In this document: piece after piece, positions 1-7,370 of the stretch | Numbering within the stretch: the stretch's first letter is position 1 | Layout: the number at the start of each line of letters is the position of its first letter | Origin: a virus | Direction: 5' to 3' (one strand) | DNA: 64,000 nucleotides | Virus record (IMG/VR): IMGVR_UViG_3300035698_004130 | Location: 1 to 64,000 of that record | The notes under the pieces: generated by a model | Seen by the model: only the letters and a program-made list of their open reading frames with translations | The model's database searches: none | Told to the model about the DNA's origin: nothing | Translations under genes and position numbers: made by a program

Positions 1-128
1 AGTTCTTTTTAATGATGATTGTAATACCTGATCGGAAAACACGTAGTTTATACTACCCTGAGTAAGTTCAAGTCCTACAATCATCATTAGAACGCATTTG
101 ACTTTTCTTACACTCCACTTTGACTTTA

Positions 129-329
129 ATGGAAAGAACGCTTAAAAAGATTCTAGACGAGCTTAATGAGGTTCGTGACCCCCAAGAAAAGGGTCTAAGT
201 GAACGTGATGGTGACCTTGACTTTGTTAGGCGTATCCATACAACAGCTAACTTACAGAATGAGTTGGAACGGGCAATTAGAGATATTCTAGTATACCCTT
301 CCAGGCAGGTTATCCCAGTAAGGATTTGA
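129..329 (+). CDS. small hypothetical early protein
   Basis: ORF with ATG at 129 directly after a TTTGACTTTA motif; stop TGA lies in the next copy of the motif. Confidence 0.6.
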   Translation: MERTLKKILDELNEVRDPQEKGLSERDGDLDFVRRIHTTANLQNELERAIRDILVYPSRQVIPVRI

Positions 330-484
330 CTTTTATGACCATCATCTACAACTTTCTTGATAGAGTATGCTATCTGCTTGGCCTTCACGTTGTCGGACCA
401 TTGCAACACTGTATCTCTAAGCTGTTTCGGAAGTCTAGCAACTGATTTGACTTTTCTTCCTTCCTTGACTTTCCTGACGTAACC

Positions 485-631
485 ATGGACAAATTTAAAA
501 ACCTTACTGCATGTGATATCTTTGCTTTAATTGGTGTGATTGCTGGCGTGCTAATGGGATGTATCTCTCTATATGAGGGTAACAACACAGTATCAATGTG
601 GGCTTTCAACTGCCTCACTAAGACGGTTTGA
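485..631 (+). CDS. small membrane peptide (48 aa, below ORF-track cutoff)
   Basis: MDKFKNLTACDIFALIGVIAGVLMGCISLY..., one hydrophobic stretch. Confidence 0.5.
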   Translation: MDKFKNLTACDIFALIGVIAGVLMGCISLYEGNNTVSMWAFNCLTKTV

Positions 632-636
632 CTTTT

Positions 637-807
637 ATGCTACCTAGATTTAAAGACCACGATCTCTCCAACATGAAAATTGAATTTACAAAGGTTCCAA
701 CCTCATTCAAGTTCTCCTTTGTTTGTATTCTTGCTATCCAGTTTGTTATCATACCCCTTATCATTTGGGGTTTATACGAGCTTGTAATGTTTATCCAACG
801 AAGCTAA
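637..807 (+). CDS. small membrane peptide (56 aa)
   Basis: ...FSFVCILAIQFVIIPLIIWGLYELVMFIQRS; stop abuts next ATG. Confidence 0.55.
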   Translation: MLPRFKDHDLSNMKIEFTKVPTSFKFSFVCILAIQFVIIPLIIWGLYELVMFIQRS

Positions 808-808
808 C

Positions 809-1069
809 ATGGAAGCTCAACATAAACATGAAATAGATGGAATCACCTATGGTTTCAACATTGAGCATGTTAGTTCTGGGCCAGGACTGCCAAGTTATGA
901 TATCGCATACATTATGTGGGCTACCATTACGGATGCAGATACCTTTATTGACGCTTACGGTGAAGCAGAGCATATCATGGCAGACCTAGATCCTTTGGGT
1001 TGGGCACATGAACAATTCTTCGACAATGATGGTGATGGTGTTATTACCCACCACAACAAGACACAGTGA
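809..1069 (+). CDS. hypothetical acidic protein
   Basis: ORF track; tight packing with neighbours. Confidence 0.65.
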   Translation: MEAQHKHEIDGITYGFNIEHVSSGPGLPSYDIAYIMWATITDADTFIDAYGEAEHIMADLDPLGWAHEQFFDNDGDGVITHHNKTQ

Positions 1070-1458
1070 TAAAACCAACAATGTATTCAGGTAAAGCAGC
1101 TTGGACTCCCGCTATTCTTCGAAAAGCAGCAAAGGCTATTGAAGAGGCTTCTGATGAAGTATTGAAGCGTTGGACTAACAACTTCTTTGGAACTGTTAGT
1201 TATGATGGAATTGATCGTGATCCTTGACCCGCTGCAATTTGTGTTCGTGAAGCACATCTAAATAGTAAGGATTCCCAAGATAGCGTTATCAATGCAGCAT
1301 TTGGAACTCAGACTACCCTACAACGCTTACTGGAATATGAGTTAGACTACACAAAAGACTACTACGATCATTTCCACAGTAGGGAAAGTTCCATCATACT
1401 TGCAAATGATCTTAGAAAACTTGCATCCCTAATTGGGAACAATGCGACACGTAACTAA
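1066..1458 (+). CDS. hypothetical protein with in-frame TGA at 1225-1227 (candidate selenoprotein or readthrough); paralog of next gene
   Basis: frame is open 1066/1081-1458 except for one TGA: ...KAIEEASDEVLKRWTNNF...DP*PAAICVR... Confidence 0.6.
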
Positions 1459-1792
1459 GGAAGATTGGTTGGCTGTAGTAAAGCACATACGTGAAGCTAG
1501 CCAAGAAGAACTCGATCATTGGGCATTTAATTGGGAGAATTGACCCGCAGATGTTATGACCGCCCGTGTTGGTGGTGAATCATGTGCTAGTGCAATCGAA
1601 GAAGCTCCAGACAATACAGAGAAGATTGATAGGGATGGGACTGAGGATAATGATATTATGTTCGGCCTATTAAATAGAGTTTGGCACGGAAGCCAAAGAA
1701 ATAGGTGTAAAGATTCCTACAACTTCTATCTATCAACTAGCTCTGAAGAAGTCGCAATGGCATTTGAAGAATATGCAAACAGCATGAGCTAA
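1442..1792 (+). CDS. hypothetical protein with in-frame TGA at 1541-1543 (candidate selenoprotein or readthrough)
   Basis: MRHVTKEDWLAVVKHIREASQEELDHWAFNWEN*PADVMTARVGG... is in frame with track ORF 1556..1792. Confidence 0.6.
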
Positions 1793-1808
1793 CTATATAG
1801 ACCTACAA

Positions 1809-1885
1809 GACCACGTAACCCAATTGGCAGAGGTAAGAGGCTTAAAACCTCTTCAGTGTGGGTTCGACCCCCACCGTGGTTACCA
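1809..1885 (+). tRNA. tRNA-Leu(TAA), short variable arm
   Basis: cloverleaf: GACCACG/CGTGGTT, AGAGG-CTTAAAA-CCTCT, TTCGA loop, 3' CCA. Confidence 0.9.
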
Positions 1886-1904
1886 CTAACAACAGAACAA
1901 TATT

Positions 1905-2153
1905 ATGAACATCGAGCTAAAAAATATCACCCCTATCATTACCCGTAAGGATCTAAAGCCTGGGGCAGTGTATTCTATCTTAAAAGGCTCTGATAGTAGA
2001 TTCATGGTGATTGATATGAATTGCATGAGGATTAACCCAGGAGTGAGCATTGCTACTCACGTTAGTATTGATCTTGCAACTCACAAACTTGTGCATAGCG
2101 TTAACCCTGAGATGGAAGTTATCTTTCATGGGAATAGTAAGTTCACATGGTAA
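1905..2153 (+). CDS. small beta-rich protein, paralog family A
   Basis: ITRKDLKPGAVY motif shared with neighbouring ORFs. Confidence 0.7.
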   Translation: MNIELKNITPIITRKDLKPGAVYSILKGSDSRFMVIDMNCMRINPGVSIATHVSIDLATHKLVHSVNPEMEVIFHGNSKFTW

Positions 2154-2342
2154 ACATTAGTGCCGACTTCTGGCCCGGATATAAGCTTACCTAAGATAGT
2201 GGTAATGAGAAGGCTATCAAGGTCTTAGAAGCTTTGAAGCATAAGTGGGCATCCACAACAGATACAAACACTCAAACCCTTACCCGAAAGCTGCTACACA
2301 AAGACATTGAATTGATTATCAGTGTCCTTAAAGAGAATTAAT

Positions 2343-2591
2343 ATGAAGATCTCAATTACTCCACCAAACCTTACTCGTGCTGACCTAAATCCTGGAACAC
2401 TATTCTCTCACTATAATGGAGGTGAAGTCTGGCTAGCAGTTGAGAAGAACTCCATTCTCTTTGATGGTGAGTTTATGAGTAGTGGAAACAAGTTTGGTTG
2501 TGTGTCTCTTTCCACTGGGAAACTATGCCACTCACGGGGAGCTGATAAGGTTATCAACCTAGGGACTATTTCCCTTTCCCAGAAAGTTTAA
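2343..2591 (+). CDS. small beta-rich protein, paralog family A
   Basis: LTRADLNPGTLF motif; ATG 2343 preferred. Confidence 0.7.
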   Translation: MKISITPPNLTRADLNPGTLFSHYNGGEVWLAVEKNSILFDGEFMSSGNKFGCVSLSTGKLCHSRGADKVINLGTISLSQKV

Positions 2592-2599
2592 CAATATTC

Positions 2600-2676
2600 T
2601 GCCCTCTAGTGTAATCTGGTTAGCACATCAGACTTTGATTCTGGTAGTCTGAGTTCAAATCTCAGGGGGGCAACCA
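2600..2676 (+). tRNA. tRNA-Gln(TTG)
   Basis: TGCCCTC/GGGGGCA, TCAGA-CTTTGAT-TCTGG, CCA. Confidence 0.93.
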
Positions 2677-2698
2677 TTTACCGCCAACAGATAGACTA

Positions 2699-2953
2699 AT
2701 GCTTACGAAGATTGAAAAAGTAGATATTACCACTCCCCTTCACGAAGTTGAAGCTGGTATAATTGTTACCCTGGCCTCACAAGGGGGGGAATTCCTCACC
2801 ATTACCCAGGATTGTGACACACAAGCTATGCTCGATGCCTCAGGGACTACAGATACACTTGTTATCCTGAATATTAGGTATAGCGAGATCCAAACTATGC
2901 TTAGGGACAGTAAGGCAACTATTATTGGTAAGCTGACCTATGGGGTTCTATAA
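2699..2953 (+). CDS. small protein, probable paralog family A
   Basis: PLHEVEAGIIV; similar length and C-terminus (KATIIGKL). Confidence 0.65.
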   Translation: MLTKIEKVDITTPLHEVEAGIIVTLASQGGEFLTITQDCDTQAMLDASGTTDTLVILNIRYSEIQTMLRDSKATIIGKLTYGVL

Positions 2954-2957
2954 TACT

Positions 2958-3218
2958 ATGCATGTTTTACAAGTAAACAAGTCCGCTGCTCCAAAGCTCC
3001 TTACTGCCCAAAGTGTTCCAACAGGAATGTTCTTTCATATTCCGGAGGAATGCCATGGAAATGCCGACCAAGTATACCTGAAGACCGGCACACTTTCCTT
3101 TGTGTGCTTTAGTAAGTTCCATGAGCGTCCAAGGGTTGATAGTGGTTACTCCTGTAGGACTGACGAGTGTGTGGTCCTTGTTCCCACTGAAAACGTAAAG
3201 ATTGAGTTCTCCCTGTAA
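2958..3218 (+). CDS. small protein, probable paralog family A
   Basis: LTAQSVPTGMFF motif. Confidence 0.65.
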   Translation: MHVLQVNKSAAPKLLTAQSVPTGMFFHIPEECHGNADQVYLKTGTLSFVCFSKFHERPRVDSGYSCRTDECVVLVPTENVKIEFSL

Positions 3219-3360
3219 TGGAAACTGAAAATGCTCAAGAGGGTGTTAAGTTTCACCACATCCTTCTATACATCGTAGTTCCCCTAGTTCTTGTGTTAGC
3301 TGTTGATGCGGTTGTTAGTTATTACAACTATGTTGGCCAAGGCTTAATCACTTACTAACA

Positions 3361-3576
3361 ATGAAATACCTTCTATCTTTGTCTATCCTCCTAATGGGAG
3401 CCTGTGCGCCCTCCAAGGAGTCTCACATCTTACCTACGGTTGTTGAAGATCCTTGGGTCCACATTGCAGGAGTGCCAAAGATGGGCTTGAACACGCTTAA
3501 GATTGATGAGGGGACCATATACCTGTTCCAATTTGATTATGGAACTTGCATTACATTTGTTCCAAGTAAGAAGTGA
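3361..3576 (+). CDS. small lipoprotein
   Basis: MKYLLSLSILLMGAC signal peptide with lipobox. Confidence 0.65.
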   Translation: MKYLLSLSILLMGACAPSKESHILPTVVEDPWVHIAGVPKMGLNTLKIDEGTIYLFQFDYGTCITFVPSKK

Positions 3577-3797
3577 TGAAATACATTGAAGCAGAAGTAG
3601 AGATCACCTTTCGCAAGAAGGTTTTCATTGCTCGTGCAAATTGGGATAAGCGAGCAGAGGATATGGTTAGAGAGAAGGCATCCCAAATCGTTTTTGATAA
3701 GTTTGAATCGGTTAAGATCCTAGGCTACAAAAGAGCCGATTCTTTAGTAGAGCCTGGGTTGACAGGCCATATTAATTCGGTAGAATCCAGAGTATGA
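3576..3797 (+). CDS. hypothetical protein
   Basis: ORF track; TGATG coupling. Confidence 0.6.
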   Translation: MKYIEAEVEITFRKKVFIARANWDKRAEDMVREKASQIVFDKFESVKILGYKRADSLVEPGLTGHINSVESRV

Positions 3798-3976
3798 ACC
3801 ACCAGCGCATCAAAGACCTCATTACCAAGCTAGAGAGCAGCGGCATCTGCAAGGAAGGTAGAGATACCATTGCCAGCATCCTAGTGGAATAAACATACCT
3901 TCGTCCAAGCGAAGTAAAACTAGGTGTTAGGCTTGGAGCGTCCAAAAGGAAATTCTTAACTTTTGGGGTCACATTT

Positions 3977-4053
3977 GCATCCTTAGCTCAGTTGGATAGA
4001 GCAACGGGTTTCTAACCCGTAGGTCGTAGGTTCAAGTCCTACAGGGTGTGCCA
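3977..4053 (+). tRNA. tRNA-Arg(TCT)
   Basis: GCATCCT/AGGGTGT, ACGGG-TTTCTAA-CCCGT, CCA. Confidence 0.95.
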
Positions 4054-4073
4054 TTTTTTGCTTGAGATAAGTT

Positions 4074-4436
4074 ATGAAAACAGTTGAAATTAATCGTGCT
4101 AAGTGGGCCAGAGGTAAGATCAACGGTGATCCTAGCTTACTGAATGAGGATGGTAACATGTGTTGCCTAGGGTTTGCTTGCAAACAACTACTTGGGTTAA
4201 CAGACAATCAAATTAGACATATTGGGGAACCTCATGAAGCTATTAATGGGACATTTAATTGTGATTATACAGTGTTCACTAACTTTGAGGAAGAGAGAAG
4301 CCAACATTATGATAACGACTTCGCATTAACTGCAATGAAAATCAATGATAGCACCAGTATAGAAGATTCTCTGAGAGAGACAAACCTTATTAAGCTATTC
4401 AGCGACAATGGCCTAGAACTTACCTTTGAAGACTAA
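4074..4436 (+). CDS. conserved phage protein (CCLG motif family)
   Basis: MCCLGFAC...INDS; similar to 45559..45891. Confidence 0.75.
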   Translation: MKTVEINRAKWARGKINGDPSLLNEDGNMCCLGFACKQLLGLTDNQIRHIGEPHEAINGTFNCDYTVFTNFEEERSQHYDNDFALTAMKINDSTSIEDSLRETNLIKLFSDNGLELTFED

Positions 4437-4437
4437 T

Positions 4438-4692
4438 ATGAAAATTAACGTAAAGAACATTACTGGCCCACCGTTGTATCGAGTCGAGCTTGAAATGACG
4501 CAAGAGGAGATTAACTTTTTCAAGTGTGTCGTTGGATCAGTCTCCGGGGATCATAGGGGTCCAAGGCAAGTCACTGAGGCTATTTACCGGGCGCTTAGTG
4601 AGGCTGGAGCGGAGAGCACAGTGCTGTTTGAAAACAACTTGTCTGCTCCTGATAATTGGGATGCTTTCCATGAAAAGATGAAGGATGCTTAA
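4438..4692 (+). CDS. hypothetical protein, tandem duplicate B1
   Basis: CVVGSVSGDHRGPR...APDNW. Confidence 0.75.
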   Translation: MKINVKNITGPPLYRVELEMTQEEINFFKCVVGSVSGDHRGPRQVTEAIYRALSEAGAESTVLFENNLSAPDNWDAFHEKMKDA

Positions 4693-4951
4693 TATGACAA
4701 TTACAACTAAGACAGTCAAAACTCCGCAACATAGTATTACCATTGAGTTGAGCCAGAGAGAAGCAGACTTCCTAAGGTGTATTGTGGGTAGCATTACAGG
4801 TAGCTGCGATGGGCCTAGAGGGTTCTCTGATGAGATATACGTTGCCCTTGGTAATGTCAGTGATACTGCGTGTGTCTTGTTTGATGATACGCTAAAGGCT
4901 CCCGATTCATGGGAAGAATTCCAAAGCCGTGTTAAGGCTAGGGTTGTATAA
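4685..4951 (+). CDS. hypothetical protein, tandem duplicate B2
   Basis: CIVGSITGSCDGPR...APDSW. Confidence 0.75.
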   Translation: MLNMTITTKTVKTPQHSITIELSQREADFLRCIVGSITGSCDGPRGFSDEIYVALGNVSDTACVLFDDTLKAPDSWEEFQSRVKARVV

Positions 4952-5207
4952 TATGTTAATCACAGTAGAAACTACGGAACCAATGTTTGATCTAACTCTC
5001 TCCCTTAGTATTGGGGAAGCTGAAGCCCTTCGAACCATGGTTGTCCAGTATAGTGATGGATAGCAGTCTGTTTGGGAAAGTGCTGTTCACAATATTCCTT
5101 GTTGTGGTATCAGTGTGGCTCTATTGGGAAATGGAGTTTGATAAGTAGTTTTGTTGGTTGTAGTTTACCTTTTCTGCATAATATTACTCATTTTCCTATA
5201 TTTCGAG

Positions 5208-5235
5208 TTGAAAAAGTGGATTACTAAGCTATAAT
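5208..5235 (+). promoter_or_regulatory. sigma70-like promoter for main tRNA/ncRNA cluster
   Basis: TTGAAA-16 nt-TATAAT upstream of tRNA-Met. Confidence 0.6.
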
Positions 5236-5253
5236 CACTACATAACTGAACAA

Positions 5254-5331
5254 AGCGAGATGGTGTAGGTTGGCCTAGCACGTCGGTCTCATAAGCCGAA
5301 GCCACAGGTTCGAATCCTGTTCACGCTACCA
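5254..5331 (+). tRNA. tRNA-Met(CAT), initiator-like anticodon arm
   Basis: TCGGT-CTCATAA-GCCGA, T arm ACAGG TTCGAAT CCTGT, CCA. Confidence 0.88.
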
Positions 5332-5416
5332 TCAGAAATCACAGTTAGTCGTGTGGGCCTTTAAAAGAAGGTATTCGCTGGGATGATGACCCCTTGACAA
5401 TTCAATTTTTTACAAC

Positions 5417-5519
5417 GCTAACCTATTGGTGCTTTTTCAACATCGCGCTAGTAATAGTGTGTAGAGCCTTGAGGTTGGTTAAACACTTGCCAATATAGAC
5501 TCCACATCAATAGGTTAGC
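5417..5519 (+). ncRNA. putative structured ncRNA
   Basis: GCTAACCTATTGGTG pairs with CATCAATAGGTTAGC; internal GTAA-tetraloop hairpin. Confidence 0.5.
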
Positions 5520-5529
5520 ACATTTTTTT

Positions 5530-5601
5530 GGAAGTCTAGCATAATTTGGTTAAATGCAGTCGCTAAAACGAGTATGGTAGGTTCGATTCCTACTGCTTCC
5601 T
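5530..5601 (+). pseudogene. degenerate tRNA-like element
   Basis: D and T arms intact; anticodon arm collapsed (TCG-CTAAAA-CGA); no CCA. Confidence 0.6.
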
Positions 5602-5674
5602 GAAGTTTAACAGAACTTCAACTCTGTAAGGTTTAAACGCTGCTTGCTTCCTTTCAAAAAGCTGTGGAAACTTT

Positions 5675-5750
5675 CAGAAATTAGTGTAGTCTGGTAACAT
5701 GCAAGCTTTGGGAGTTTGTGTCCTCAGTTCAAATCTGAGATTTCTGACCA
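5675..5750 (+). tRNA. tRNA-Pro(TGG)
   Basis: CAGAAAT/ATTTCTG, CAAGC-TTTGGGA-GTTTG, CCA. Confidence 0.92.
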
Positions 5751-5817
5751 TAAACCGGGAAAGCCTCCGGTTCAAAATAACATAGGCTTGACGAGGGGGA
5801 CAGAGTGCTCCCACCAT

Positions 5818-5891
5818 GCATTTCTCGTATATTGGTATTACATTTGGCTTCCAATCAAAGGAACAGTGTTCGATTCACTGGAGATGCTCCA
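5818..5891 (+). tRNA. tRNA-Gly(TCC)
   Basis: GCATTTC/GAGATGC, TTTGG-CTTCCAA-TCAAA, U73, CCA. Confidence 0.9.
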
Positions 5892-6083
5892 ATGTCACCT
5901 AGTAACGCGACTATAAACTTAGTTACTACCAGTTTGTAAGGGGGCTTCTGGTATACCAAAAACGCATCCACCATACTCATCTTCTCGTGGCTGAGTGTCC
6001 CAAAGCACATGATTGCAAATATGGCCTATGATCTTACTCACAGTAGTTGTCGGTAAGGACCCAGAGATAGGCAATTGACTCGT

Positions 6084-6189
6084 GTTGTGAGGGACTGCAC
6101 ACATCCTATCATCCCTCAACTTTTCATTCGGGGCCTCTATGGCAATGCGAATAATCCTGCCCCAGATAGGATTAAAGCAGTCCTACAAT
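6084..6189 (+). ncRNA. putative structured ncRNA (long interrupted hairpin)
   Basis: nested pairings GGGACTGC/GCAGTCCT, ATCCTATC/GATAGGAT, GGGGC/GCCCC. Confidence 0.5.
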
Positions 6190-6223
6190 AACTATGTTTG
6201 ACAGACCGGAGAGACGGTCATTA

Positions 6224-6296
6224 GGGGTCGCATGTCCCAAGGCGGCGAGAAACCTTTGCAAGGTATCTGAGAAGAGTTCGATTCTCTTCGACTCCA
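6224..6296 (+). tRNA. tRNA-Ala(TGC), no encoded CCA
   Basis: GGGGTCG/CGACTCC with G3.U70; loop TTTGCAA. Confidence 0.8.
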
Positions 6297-6305
6297 TTAC
6301 TTTTC

Positions 6306-6457
6306 GGGCTTATAGCTTAATGGTTAGAGCTAACTTACAGAAATGTAAGGTGCATTAGAGGTAGTTTAGTAACACTGATCGATAAAGATACGGAACGATA
6401 CCTAATGTTAGGGCTAACAAGGCCCTGATCTGAGTTCGAATCTAAGTGAGTCCACCA
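6306..6457 (+). ncRNA. tRNA-like RNA with ~79-nt structured insertion after the D arm
   Basis: GGGCTTA/TGAGTCC-A-CCA, D arm, insertion, AGGGC/GCCCT arm, T arm. Confidence 0.7.
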
Positions 6458-6499
6458 ACATTCATGAATTAGGCAAGATGGAGTAATTACCTATCTTCG

Positions 6500-6570
6500 G
6501 TGTAGGGAAGTGTAACGGATGCACGGCCTGTCTAGCAGGTAAGAGCGGTTCGACTCCGCACCTACTATCC
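6500..6570 (+). ncRNA. degenerate tRNA-like element with CTA at anticodon position
   Basis: D arm GTGT/GCAC, GCCT-GTCTAGC-AGGT, T loop TTCGACT; weak acceptor stem. Confidence 0.5.
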
Positions 6571-6695
6571 TTTTAATACATCTCTCTCATGCAACAGAGG
6601 TTTAAACATGCATGATGGTTCGGATCCCATGGGTATCAATCTCCAATGTATCGCAGCTTCTTTCATTGGGGAGGGCCAAACGTCCACCATATTTT

Positions 6696-6773
6696 GTATC
6701 CTTAGCTCAGTCTAGCTAGAGCGTTCGGTTGAAGCCCTTAAGGTCGTTGGTGCGAATCCAACAGGATACACCA
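6696..6773 (+). tRNA. tRNA-Phe(GAA), poorly paired anticodon stem
   Basis: GTATCCT/AGGATAC, loop TTGAAGC, CCA. Confidence 0.75.
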
Positions 6774-7281
6774 TTATTGAAGTCGTGAATAATCACGTAA
6801 CAACCTTTGAAATAGTGGTGTAAGCCCACTAACTATTGAGGATTTAACATTCCAATCTTAGCGGATTGGTTAGTTCATAAGATTTTCATTCTGAAGGTTG
6901 TCGGTTCGAGTCCGTCACGGAGTATCATTTTTTTAGTTAGTTAATGACAGATAGCAAAACTTACATTGGTGATGGAGCTTACGTTGAGGTTGAACATGGT
7001 AGGGTAAAACTTACTACAAACAACGGATACGAAGATACCAACACCATTCTCATGGAGGGGCCAGTAGTGGAATCCTTTATTCGATGGGTCCAGAAGATTA
7101 AGAGTAGTATACAATGACGAAATATGTTTTAGGATTCATGCTCCTCCTTATTGTGGGCATCCCAGGTTGCTATGTGTTCAATTGGGCTTCCAAAGCATCA
7201 ACTGTTGTTACAGAAGAGATGACCGTAGAAGAGAAGTAGTTGGGTCTGGGCGACAGTTCGAAAGAGTATGTCACCCCATTT

Positions 7282-7355
7282 GGGTTGTTAGTTCAATGGT
7301 AGAACGGCAGGTTGTTAACCTGCGAACGAAGGTTCGATTCCTTCACTTCCCTCCA
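7282..7355 (+). tRNA. tRNA-Asn(GTT)
   Basis: GCAGG-TTGTTAA-CCTGC, CCA. Confidence 0.88.
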
Positions 7356-7370
7356 CTTTAAGCTCTAAAT

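Larger units (their letters stand above)
97..636 (+). repeat. dispersed TTTGACTTT(T/A) motif at gene boundaries (97, 119, 325, 446, 627)
   Basis: five copies read directly; three are immediately followed by ATG. Confidence 0.7.

Noticed and set aside
1224-1548. TTGACC as -35 promoter boxes
   Set aside because: No -10-like hexamer 16-18 nt downstream of either copy
2147-2341. ORF with an in-frame TAA as a third recoding case
   Set aside because: Single instance, TAA rather than TGA, no paralogue or hairpin; more likely a decayed gene
6306-6457. Bona fide tmRNA or group I intron-containing tRNA
   Set aside because: Too short; has a D stem; no tag ORF or group I core recognisable
5716-7361. 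Track ORFs 5716..5916, 5919..6119 and 7167..7361 (also 3983..4207)
   Set aside because: They overlap tRNAs or structured RNAs; spurious
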